Below, in pieces: positions 10,130 through 17,381 of a DNA stretch of 37,013 nt. Below the pieces are notes generated by a model. It was not told the DNA's origin, searched no databases, and saw nothing but the letters and a program-made list of their open reading frames with translations. The DNA comes from Thermomicrobiales bacterium (GTDB lineage Bacteria > Chloroflexota > Chloroflexia > Thermomicrobiales > UBA6265): positions 1 through 37,013 of the forward strand of contig DASYWL010000163.1 in assembly GCA_035936055.1 (NCBI GenBank), read 5' to 3'. Each line of letters begins with the position of its first letter. Positions within the stretch are counted from its first letter, which is position 1. The position numbers and the translations under genes were made by a program.

Positions 10130-11359
10130 ATGTCGACGACATTTGATACTGCCGAGCGCGTGCTGTTCACCTCCGAGTCAGTGACGGAGGGGCACCCGGA
10201 CAAGATTTGCGACCAGATCTCGGACGCCGTGCTGGACGCCGCGCTCATGGACGACCCGAGCAGCCGAGTCGCCTGTGAGGCGTCGACGACCCGCGGCCTG
10301 GTGTTCGTATTCGGCGAGATGACCACCGAAACCTACATCGATATCCAGGAGGTCGTGCGGCAGGTGCTCACCGACATCGGATACACACACTCGAGCCACG
10401 GCCTCGACGCCGATACCTGCGGCGTATTCGTGTCGTTGCGCGAGCAGAGTCCGGAGATCTCCGCGGGTGTCACCACTGCGCTCGAGAGCCGCAGCGGCAG
10501 TTCCGCGGACGAGGCCGATCTGACCGGCGCCGGTGATCAGGGCATGATGATCGGTTATGCGTGCCGGGAGACCCCGGAGCTGATGCCGCTGCCCATCTCA
10601 CTTGCCCACAAGATCACGCGCCGCCTCACAGAAACTCGCAAATCGGGCCAGCTGGCCTATCTGCTACCGGACGGCAAGAGCCAGGTGACCGTGGAGTACT
10701 CGCACGGCAGGCCGGTCAGGGTCGATACCGTAGTGGTATCGACTCAGCACAAGCCGGACGTGCCCAATGCCCAGATCGAGCGTGACGTCGTCGAGCGCGT
10801 GGTGAAAGCGGTTGTGCCGGCCGACCTGCTGGATACCAACACTCGGTACCTGGTCAACCCGAGCGGTCGCTTCGAGATCGGCGGCCCGGCGGCAGACGCC
10901 GGCCTGACGGGCCGCAAGATCATCGTTGACACATACGGGGGCATGGCACGCCACGGCGGCGGCGCGTTCTCGGGCAAGGACGCCACCAAGGTCGACCGAT
11001 CTGCAGCATATGCCGCCCGCTACGTCGCCAAGAACATCGTGGCGGCTGGTCTCGCGGACCGCTTCGAGCTTCAGATCTCCTATGCGATCGGCAAGGCGCA
11101 GCCAGTCTCGATCATGTGCGAGACCTTCGGTACCGGCCGAATCGCGGACGACCAGATCGAGACGCTTGTTCGCGAGCATTTCGACCTGCGGCCCGGGGCC
11201 ATCATCCGCAGCCTCGATCTGCGCCGTCCGATCTACCGCCAGACAGCCGCCTACGGGCACTTTGGGCGTCCCGACCTCGACCTGCCTTGGGAGCGGACCG
11301 ACAAGGCCGATGCGCTTGCCAGCGCAGCCGGCTTTGCGCAGGCCGCCACCGCTGATTAG
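10130..11359 (+). CDS. metK: S-adenosylmethionine synthetase
   Basis: [61 protein letters not shown] lies 7 nt upstream of the ATG. Confidence 0.97.
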   Translation: MSTTFDTAERVLFTSESVTEGHPDKICDQISDAVLDAALMDDPSSRVACEASTTRGLVFVFGEMTTETYIDIQEVVRQVLTDIGYTHSSHGLDADTCGVFVSLREQSPEISAGVTTALESRSGSSADEADLTGAGDQGMMIGYACRETPELMPLPISLAHKITRRLTETRKSGQLAYLLPDGKSQVTVEYSHGRPVRVDTVVVSTQHKPDVPNAQIERDVVERVVKAVVPADLLDTNTRYLVNPSGRFEIGGPAADAGLTGRKIIVDTYGGMARHGGGAFSGKDATKVDRSAAYAARYVAKNIVAAGLADRFELQISYAIGKAQPVSIMCETFGTGRIADDQIETLVREHFDLRPGAIIRSLDLRRPIYRQTAAYGHFGRPDLDLPWERTDKADALASAAGFAQAATAD

Positions 11360-11436
11360 CCTGCAGCCAGAAGGCCCCTCTCGCGGCCAGCACCTTCTCG
11401 CATCCGACGCGCGCCACTCGCTGGGACCTCGCTCGC

Positions 11437-11796
11437 ATGAAGTTCATCATCGCGGTTATTCAGGCGTACGATACTGACCGCCTGCTGCGAGCCGTCACCT
11501 CGGCAGGTCTCCGCGGGACAAAGATCGTGAGTACTGGCGGGTTTCTGCGCATGGCCAACGCGACGATCTTTATGGGCGTCGACGACGCGCGGGTTGAAGA
11601 ATGCCTTCAGATTATTCGGGAGCACTGCGAGTCGCGAATTGAGTCGTCGATCGATCCAGGCGAGCAGGAGTACATCGAGTGGTTCCCGATTGGCGTGCAC
11701 GAAGTCACCGTTGGCGGGGCTGTGGTCTTCATCGTCGGGGTCAACAGCTTCCACCAGATGTTCCCGCCCAGCCCAGCGAGCGAGCGGCAACGTTGA
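11437..11796 (+). CDS. darA: PII-like cyclic-di-AMP receptor family protein (DarA/PstA, formerly DUF970)
   Basis: MKFIIAVIQAYDTDRLLRAVTSAGLRGTKIVSTGGFLRMANATIFMGVDD...VGGAVVFIVGVNSFHQ aligns along its length with B. subtilis YaaQ/DarA as I remember it (MKLIIAIVQDQD...ATKLATTGGFL...GGATVFV). Confidence 0.8.
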   Translation: MKFIIAVIQAYDTDRLLRAVTSAGLRGTKIVSTGGFLRMANATIFMGVDDARVEECLQIIREHCESRIESSIDPGEQEYIEWFPIGVHEVTVGGAVVFIVGVNSFHQMFPPSPASERQR

Positions 11797-12056
11797 CTGG
11801 GGGGCTCGGGTGGCGGTCCATCGCGACGACGTGGGGCGGTGCCGCTCTGCTGCTGATGCGGCAATTCGGCGCCCCCTCAGCTTCGGGTGTGAATGCAGAG
11901 ACGCGCGTGGTCCGGGTGGCCGATGCCGAGGCAGAAATCATCGCCTCCGAGCGAACGCTGGACGGACGAATCCTGACGCTACCGGTCGAGTTGGGGGCGA
12001 AACGGGAGCGTCAGAATGCTAGGCACCTGTCGGCGAGTCGGTTCACCGTCAACTAG
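11793..12056 (+). CDS. Candidate small hypothetical protein (87 codons) translationally coupled to darA
   Basis: A TTG start overlaps the darA TGA (cgTTGAct). By my hand count about 76% of third positions in this frame are G/C, similar to neighbouring genes, whereas the alternative frames give Arg/Ser-rich junk. No clear SD and no recognised domain. The ORF track lists this frame only as the tail of 11679..12056. Confidence 0.35.
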   Translation: MTGGLGWRSIATTWGGAALLLMRQFGAPSASGVNAETRVVRVADAEAEIIASERTLDGRILTLPVELGAKRERQNARHLSASRFTVN

Positions 12057-12340
12057 CTAACGACGGCCTGCAGGCTTTCGATCTCCTCCGAGTCGTAGCG
12101 CGCTCGGTCAGGAAGCATCCTTCCCAGGATGTGCTGAATCGCCATGATATGACTGCATGTTCCAAGCATGTGCGTCTCGAAGGTATGGCAGGTGCATTCC
12201 CACCCCTTCTCGGTCAGGGACACGGCGTAGTTGTCATGGCTACCCCGGAAGGAGGCGGTGAACGTCTCGAAGGTGATGCGCTCCGGTTCGCGCGCGTACC
12301 GGTGGGCCTTCTCGATCTTGCCGATCATGCTTGAGTTCAT
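12053..12340 (-). CDS. Small stand-alone SWIM zinc-finger protein (95 aa)
   Basis: CxCxnCxH signature WECTCHTFETHMLGTCSHIMAI. ATG at 12340 is preceded by GAAGGAG with a 10-nt spacer. Confidence 0.75.
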   Translation of the reverse strand: MNSSMIGKIEKAHRYAREPERITFETFTASFRGSHDNYAVSLTEKGWECTCHTFETHMLGTCSHIMAIQHILGRMLPDRARYDSEEIESLQAVVS

Positions 12341-12450
12341 GAGCCATCGCTCCTTCTGCTTTCCAAACCCCCTCGGTTCGGACGACGCTGTTGGTTACAC
12401 CAGGACCGTGACCTCAGCACGTGCTCGACGCCGATGCGGGGACTCGGCTC

Positions 12451-12489
12451 AAACAAAACGCACCCGGCAGCGAATGTCGCGCGGGTGCG
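12451..12489 (-). terminator. Intrinsic terminator inside the SWIM-gene leader
   Basis: The minus-strand RNA reads CGCACCCG-C-GCG-ACAUU-CGC-UGC-CGGGUGCG followed by UUUUGUUUGA. This is an 8-bp outer stem (12459-12466/12482-12489) plus a 3-bp inner stem and a U-tract. Confidence 0.55.
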
Positions 12490-12491
12490 GG

Positions 12492-12530
12492 TCATGCATA
12501 TGGATGTTTTCCTGCTTGAACGGATGCCAT
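12492..12530 (-). CDS. Candidate 12-codon leader/micro-ORF (MASVQAGKHPYA)
   Basis: Consensus SD AGGAGG (12541-12536), 5-nt spacer, ATG at 12530. The TGA stop (12494-12492) lies 2 nt before the terminator stem. Not in the ORF track because it is too short. Confidence 0.3.
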   Translation of the reverse strand: MASVQAGKHPYA

Positions 12531-12587
12531 GGGTACCTCCTGTTTCCCCCACGTGCCGATCCGGTTCACGGTCTTGAATTACAAGGG

Positions 12588-12596
12588 ATTGTACCA
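12588..12596 (-). promoter_or_regulatory. Extended -10 promoter (TGGTACAAT) driving the micro-ORF/leader transcript
   Basis: Minus strand reads TGG-TACAAT. The -35 is weak (TGGCGG at 17 nt). The predicted start near 12581 gives a leader RNA of about 130 nt ending at the terminator. Confidence 0.35.
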
Positions 12597-12686
12597 GCCG
12601 GCATGCCCGTCCGCCAGCGAAGATCATCTTCCCAGTGGTCGCATCCGGAGCGCGCCAGCCGATACGGAACTATCGAGCCTCGGCGC

Positions 12687-12692
12687 TATACT
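12687..12692 (+). promoter_or_regulatory. Candidate -10 box (TATACT) for the DUF1232 gene
   Basis: TATACT 42 nt upstream of the ATG at 12734, embedded in the palindrome GGCGCTATACTAGCGCC. The -35 is weak. Confidence 0.25.
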
Positions 12693-12733
12693 AGCGCCAG
12701 TGACGATCGATATTCGACCTTGGAGAGACGTGG

Positions 12734-13093
12734 ATGTCCGCGAACATGGACTCGCTCAGCATTCTGCAGCGCGCGCAGTTGGCGTGGAACCTGATGCGGG
12801 ATCAACGCGTGGCGGGCTGGGTGAAAAAAGCTGGCCCTGCCGTGATTCTTGTCTACGTCATCTCGCCGATCGACGTCATTCCGGATTTCCTGCTCGGCGC
12901 GGGTCAGGTGGATGATGTTGGCGTAATCGCGCTCGGCCTGTTGCTCCTTGTACGACTGCTGGTGCGGTTCGCGCCTCAGGAGGTCGTCGACGAGCACGTC
13001 GCCCGCATCACTGGCGTTCCGGGCGCCAACCGGCAATCGCGACGGAGCAGGACGGACGGGCCGACGATTGACACGAGTGGTCGGGTCCGCTAG
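12734..13093 (+). CDS. DUF1232 (YkvA-like) membrane protein
   Basis: YVISPIDVIPDFLLGAGQVDDVGVIALGL matches the characteristic SPxDxIPDF...G..DD core. GGAGAG lies 6 nt upstream of the ATG. Confidence 0.8.
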   Translation: MSANMDSLSILQRAQLAWNLMRDQRVAGWVKKAGPAVILVYVISPIDVIPDFLLGAGQVDDVGVIALGLLLLVRLLVRFAPQEVVDEHVARITGVPGANRQSRRSRTDGPTIDTSGRVR

Positions 13094-13119
13094 GACGACA
13101 GGACACCCAGGGAAGGACC

Positions 13120-13416
13120 ATGCCACCAGCCCATCGCAACACATCGAAGTCGGCCGAGCGTCGGCGGCAGCGACGGCAGCGTCGAAGCGGGGAGGAGCGT
13201 CCACGGCGGAGCAGCCAGGCCCCGAAGGTGGCTCCGCTGCAGCTCGATCCACGCAAGACGGCCTCATCCTCTGATGCAACGGCTTCAGTGCCGACAACTC
13301 AACTCGAGCCGGAAACCGAGTACGGAATCGTGCGGCGCGATCTCCGGCGCCTGACAATCTTCTCGGTTATCTGCTTTGCGCTGATGATTGCCGTCCTGTT
13401 CTTCCTCAACGTTTGA
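13120..13416 (+). CDS. Small hypothetical protein with an Arg-rich N-terminal half and a single C-terminal transmembrane helix
   Basis: ATG preceded by GGGAAGGA. It sits 26 nt after the DUF1232 gene, so it is probably in the same operon. C-terminal helix LTIFSVICFALMIAVLFFL. No recognised domain. Confidence 0.55.
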   Translation: MPPAHRNTSKSAERRRQRRQRRSGEERPRRSSQAPKVAPLQLDPRKTASSSDATASVPTTQLEPETEYGIVRRDLRRLTIFSVICFALMIAVLFFLNV

Positions 13417-13455
13417 CGTAGGAGCCATGTAGCGCCATGGTGTTGCAACTGATCA

Positions 13456-13495
13456 CAAGATAGCCGGGTCGCATGAGCGAACCGGCTGTCTTGTC
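13456..13495. terminator. Long hairpin between convergent genes
   Basis: ACAAGATAGCCGG-g-TCGC-atga-GCGA-a-CCGGCTGTCTTGT. This is a 13-bp outer stem (one G-U pair) plus a 4-bp inner stem. No U-tract on either side. Confidence 0.4.
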
Positions 13496-13518
13496 TCCGA
13501 TGCCTGGTATGCGCCGGG

Positions 13519-14382
13519 TTACATGGCGTCGTCATCCGTGTCGCCGGCGAGGGAACTGTCGACGTACTGCGCTGCCTCCTCGTCGACTTCCACCTCATCC
13601 TCCTCGTCCCCGACTTCCTCGTCAACCAGTTCCTCCTCATCCTCCTCGCCGAACGAGAAGTCGCCCTCCTCGCGCAAGGAAAGAAGCTCGCGCTCGCGCA
13701 TGAGGTCGATGGTCTGCCGGCTCTGGCGCGGTAGGCCGGGCTGACCCTCCATTGAGGGATCCTGATAGGACTCCCGGATGATGATGCGGAGGCTGTGGCC
13801 CGACATGCCGAGGGCGTAAATTTCGTACCGGTTGCCGGCGGCGATCAACTCCTCAAGTCGCCGGGAGATCCGCTGCTCCAGCTCGCCGAGCCGTTCGCCC
13901 GTGCGGGAGGAAACGACGATGCGGCTATTCTCGACCTGAAGGGTCAACTGCTCGCCAGGGGAGACAGTGGCAAGGACGGCCTCCTCGGTGGAGTTGATCA
14001 ATTCATCGACCCACGTCTTGCCGACCTCTTCGATGAAGACGTTGGCGCGTGGCGAACCGATCTGCTCGTCCGACACTCGGTCCGAAACGTCGGTATTGAC
14101 GAGCATCTCAAGGCGCTGCAGGTTACGACGAGCGATCATGTTGGCCGGGTCGGCCGCGAGTGCTTCGGAGTAGGCATCCCACGCATCCTGCAGCCGTCCA
14201 AGCTCCAGCAACGCGCGGCCTTTCCGGTTGAGCGCCTCGGCGTCGTTCGGAAAGCGCTGGAGGAAGGAGGCATTGATCTCCAGCGCCTGCTCCCAATCAC
14301 CGGCGAGGGCGATATCGCGGGCCTGCTCGACCATCTGGCGCTTGTTGGGCTGCTGCTGGGGGACTTCCTGAGTATCGGTCAA
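13519..14382 (-). CDS. TPR-repeat protein with a strongly acidic C-terminal tail
   Basis: The N-terminal ~100 aa contains TPR-like repeats (AEALNRKGRALLELGRLQDAWDAYSEALAADP). The C-terminus is Glu/Asp-rich (EEDEEELVDEEVGDEEDEVEVDEE). TTG start at 14382 with AAGGA 8 nt upstream. It begins 49 nt downstream of miaB on the same strand. Confidence 0.75.
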   Translation of the reverse strand: MTDTQEVPQQQPNKRQMVEQARDIALAGDWEQALEINASFLQRFPNDAEALNRKGRALLELGRLQDAWDAYSEALAADPANMIARRNLQRLEMLVNTDVSDRVSDEQIGSPRANVFIEEVGKTWVDELINSTEEAVLATVSPGEQLTLQVENSRIVVSSRTGERLGELEQRISRRLEELIAAGNRYEIYALGMSGHSLRIIIRESYQDPSMEGQPGLPRQSRQTIDLMRERELLSLREEGDFSFGEEDEEELVDEEVGDEEDEVEVDEEAAQYVDSSLAGDTDDDAM

Positions 14383-14431
14383 TGTGACGGTCCTTTCGAC
14401 AGTTTAGCTGCTAAGAAGGCGGAGTGGCCGG

Positions 14432-15796
14432 TCAGCGCGGCGCACCAACCGGCTCGCCCATCAGGAACCACGGCGATGTGCGGGTGATCTGCACGTCGAC
14501 GAGGTTGCCCGTGAGCTCGCGATCATCATCGAAGTGCACAAGGGTATTGGCTCGGGTTCGACCAGTCCACCGGCCGCGGCTCTTGCCTTCGACGAGCACC
14601 TCGTGGGTCTCGCCGAGGCGCCTGCTATTGATGTCGGTCGCGATGCGCTCCTGCTGCTTCTCGAGCATCTGGTGACGACGCAGCTTCTCCTCGTGCGGGA
14701 TGTCGTCGTCCCAACGTGCCGAGAGCGTGCCCGGGCGCGGAGAGTACATTGCGAGGTGGACCTTGTCGACTTTCGTCTGCTCCAGCATGTCGAACGTCTG
14801 CATGAACTGCGCTTCGGTCTCAGCCGGAAAGCCGACGATGACGTCGGTCGCCACGGTGACACCCGGCATGCGCTCGCGGGTGTAAGCGATGCGCTCCATC
14901 CAGAGGTCACGCGTGTAGGTGCGGCGCATGCGCCTCAACACCTCGTTGTCGCCGGCCTGCACCGGCAGGTTCATGTGCTCGCAAATCGTGCCAAGCTCCG
15001 CCATGGTGTCGATGAGCTCGTCAGTCATGTACTTCGGATGCGAGGTGAGGTAGCGAAGGCGCTCGAGCCCGGGCACCTTGTCGACCGCGCGGAGCAGCTG
15101 CGCGAGGTCTTGCGGCTCCGGGAAGTCGTGACCGTAGGCGTTGACGGTCTGCCCGAGCAGCGTCACCTCACGCACGCCCGTCTCGACCACGCGCTCCACC
15201 TCGCGAACGATTTCCTTCAGCGGGCGGCTGGTCTCCTTGCCGCGACGGTACGGAACGATGCAGTAGGAGCAGAGAAAATTGCAGCCGTAGATGATCGGGA
15301 TATAGGCGGTGACAGCCGACGTACCGGTGTGCTGCTGCGGCAGGTAGTAGTGCGGCAGCTGCTGCAAGTCATCCTCCAGCTCGGAAAGCTCCGGGACCAC
15401 CTGCTCGAGCTTGTCGAAATCAGATGGATCGAAGAAAAGGTCGACGTGCGGGAACGCCTCACGCAGCTTTTCCTGCTGCTTGGTCACCATGCAGCCGGTC
15501 AGGACGACCGGTACCTCCGGACGGTTACGCTTGAGCCGCACGAGGCTGTTGAGCTTGCCAGATACCTTGTCTTCGGCGGCCTGGCGCACGACACAGGAGT
15601 TCAGCACAACGATGTCGGCGTCGTCCTCAGAGCGCGTTGGCTCGTAGCCCACCTCCTGCAACATGGCCGCGACCTTGGCCGAATCGGCCTCGTTCATCTG
15701 GCAGCCAATCGTCCAGATGTAGAACCGCTTGCCGTTGCGAGGGAGCCGTGCCGGGCTCGTCTTCGGCTGAATTTGGATAAGCGGACTCGTTGACAC
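14432..15796 (-). CDS. miaB: tRNA-i6A37 methylthiotransferase (radical SAM)
   Basis: UPF0004 N-domain FYIWTIGCQMNEADS, radical-SAM CNFLCSYCIVPYRRG and a C-terminal TRAM domain. The track start at 15826 is TTG. I prefer the GTG at 15796, preceded by GGAGA with a 5-nt spacer. Confidence 0.92.
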   Translation of the reverse strand: MSTSPLIQIQPKTSPARLPRNGKRFYIWTIGCQMNEADSAKVAAMLQEVGYEPTRSEDDADIVVLNSCVVRQAAEDKVSGKLNSLVRLKRNRPEVPVVLTGCMVTKQQEKLREAFPHVDLFFDPSDFDKLEQVVPELSELEDDLQQLPHYYLPQQHTGTSAVTAYIPIIYGCNFLCSYCIVPYRRGKETSRPLKEIVREVERVVETGVREVTLLGQTVNAYGHDFPEPQDLAQLLRAVDKVPGLERLRYLTSHPKYMTDELIDTMAELGTICEHMNLPVQAGDNEVLRRMRRTYTRDLWMERIAYTRERMPGVTVATDVIVGFPAETEAQFMQTFDMLEQTKVDKVHLAMYSPRPGTLSARWDDDIPHEEKLRRHQMLEKQQERIATDINSRRLGETHEVLVEGKSRGRWTGRTRANTLVHFDDDRELTGNLVDVQITRTSPWFLMGEPVGAPR

Positions 15797-15873
15797 AGGA
15801 ATCTCCAAACGGGTGCAAACACTCAAAGACGCTCTGCGAAAACTCGCAGAGCTATCCGGTGCCTCGGCCCATG

Positions 15874-15879
15874 ATTATA
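15874..15879 (-). promoter_or_regulatory. Candidate -10 box (TATAAT) for miaB
   Basis: Perfect TATAAT on the minus strand about 78 nt upstream of the miaB start. The -35 is poor. The leader contains the hairpin CTCTGCGA-GTTT-TCGCAGAG (15836-15855). Confidence 0.25.
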
Positions 15880-15960
15880 GCGGATGCTTCCGGTGGTTGG
15901 CGTACCGGGTTTCGCTGCCGACATTGCCATGTACGTGCACTAATGGTTGGTCGACTGCAG

Positions 15961-15969
15961 TGGTAGTCT
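15961..15969 (+). promoter_or_regulatory. Candidate extended -10 (TGGTAGTCT) for the secreted-protein gene
   Basis: TGnTAnnnT element 77 nt upstream of the GTG at 16046. Confidence 0.25.
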
Positions 15970-16045
15970 TGTCGCAGATTCGAGCATCCGCTCAGGTGAG
16001 TCGGCGTGGTTGTAGGATGCCAGTTGCTCGTAGGGAGCCTCCGCC

Positions 16046-17332
16046 GTGTTCGTCCGCACCCTCTCCAGAAGTTGGGGGCCACTGCTTGTTGCATCGCTCG
16101 CCGTCGTTGCGATGCTGAACACATCGATGGCCGCCGCACCGTTCAGCGGTGCTCCTCAGGCACGTCTGGCCCAAGTCAACGTCGAATGGATGTCCGAGGA
16201 GCAGGCAGCGGCGCTGAATCTGAGCTTCCCGGTCCTCGTGCCGAGCTGGGTTCCCGCGCCATTCGCAGGCGCACCCTCCGTACAGGCCGGGGGGGGGTAC
16301 TACAGCCTCTACTGGATGGTTCCCGGAGGTGATCCGACCTTCCTGCAGGTCGCCGGCGAGGTCGGCGGCGCTATGCCCGTCGGATCCCCAGCCGATCTGA
16401 ACGTGCGACTTGAGATCAACGCCTCGGTCAACGGCTATGACGCAATCCACGACGTGACGGCGATCTACGATAACGTCTGGTGGGTCCAGGGCGGCGTACT
16501 CTACACAGTCAGCAGCAAGAACATGACGGGCACAGACAGTCTCGCCCTAGCGAACTCCCTTGTGCAGCTGCAGCCGCCTGTGCAGCCGCCTACTTCACCG
16601 CCACCAACCCCAACGCCGGAGCCGGTGGAGTCGTCGCCATCGGGCGCGATCTACAACGCCGCGGAGGTCCCGTCGGCGAACATCGCGACGATCGAGGCGT
16701 GGCCGAGTGCGACGAGTACGCTGCGGGCGACGCACGGTAGCTTCTCGGCCTCCGGAGCGTCGTTCCTCTCGGTGGACGGTGGAATTTTCTCATGGCAGGC
16801 GCCGGTGGTGGATCGCAATACCACGGTCGAGTTCACGCTGATCGATGACGCGACCGGAGAGGTGACCGCATGGTCATCCATTGTGGTGTATCCGACGTCA
16901 ACCGGCAGCTCCACATTGCCGGTGCAGGAGCCAATCACGGAGCCGGAAACTGGAGTGTCGTCCGGCCCAACGTCCATGCCAGCAGACGATGCATTGCCGA
17001 GCTCGATCACGAGCACAAGCACAGCGGCGGTGAGTGAGAGCGCATCCCAACCAACAACTACCATCACCACAAGCGCGACTGACGAGGACGAGGGAGACAC
17101 GTCGGCGAGTTCGAGCACCGGGGATGCCACAACGTCTGTCGAGGCGGACACGGGCACGAGCGAGACCGTCACCCGGGACGAGACACCGGAGGCTGGCGGA
17201 GCCGGTGGCGGCTTGACGTCCGATGGAACTGCCGGGCCGCCGATGCCGCGTACCGGTGATGGAACGTCTGGCCCCAGCCTCCCTGCAGGTGGTGACGGGA
17301 CCGGCGGCATCCGGCAGATCGCGGTCCCATAG
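16046..17332 (+). CDS. Secreted hypothetical protein: signal peptide, globular N-domain, Pro/Thr linker, second domain, long acidic Ser/Thr-rich tail
   Basis: GTG start with AGGGAG 9 nt upstream. Signal-like N-terminus MFVRTLSRSWGPLLVASLAVVAMLNTSMAAAP. Linker PPVQPPTSPPPTPTPEP. The C-terminal ~140 aa is low complexity (S/T/D/E/G). Confidence 0.7.
   Translation: MFVRTLSRSWGPLLVASLAVVAMLNTSMAAAPFSGAPQARLAQVNVEWMSEEQAAALNLSFPVLVPSWVPAPFAGAPSVQAGGGYYSLYWMVPGGDPTFLQVAGEVGGAMPVGSPADLNVRLEINASVNGYDAIHDVTAIYDNVWWVQGGVLYTVSSKNMTGTDSLALANSLVQLQPPVQPPTSPPPTPTPEPVESSPSGAIYNAAEVPSANIATIEAWPSATSTLRATHGSFSASGASFLSVDGGIFSWQAPVVDRNTTVEFTLIDDATGEVTAWSSIVVYPTSTGSSTLPVQEPITEPETGVSSGPTSMPADDALPSSITSTSTAAVSESASQPTTTITTSATDEDEGDTSASSSTGDATTSVEADTGTSETVTRDETPEAGGAGGGLTSDGTAGPPMPRTGDGTSGPSLPAGGDGTGGIRQIAVP
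16289..16297 (+). repeat. G9 homopolymer inside the secreted-protein CDS (codons GGG GGG GGG)
   Basis: Read directly as ccGGGGGGGGGtac. It is the longest mononucleotide run I noticed in the window. Confidence 0.9.
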
Positions 17333-17381
17333 ATCGCGGTCAAACGATGGATGCCAGCGTCCGGCTGCCTGCGTGTGACCG

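Noticed and set aside
12529-12915. Plus-strand ORFs 12231..12794 and 12529..12915, which cross the SWIM/DUF1232 spacer.
   Set aside because: They run antisense through the SWIM gene or out of frame through the DUF1232 gene. They lack an SD and give low-complexity Arg/Ser/Cys-rich products.
15944-15959. Second sigma-54-like element TGGTTGGTCGACTGCA upstream of the secreted-protein gene.
   Set aside because: Only the TGG and TGCA parts match. A pattern this loose is expected several times by chance in a window of this size, so it is mentioned but not called.
17200-17332. Sortase signal in the secreted protein (PMPRTGDG resembles LPXTG).
   Set aside because: The motif is imperfect. It is followed by a Gly/Ser/Thr-rich hydrophilic stretch rather than a hydrophobic helix with a basic tail.
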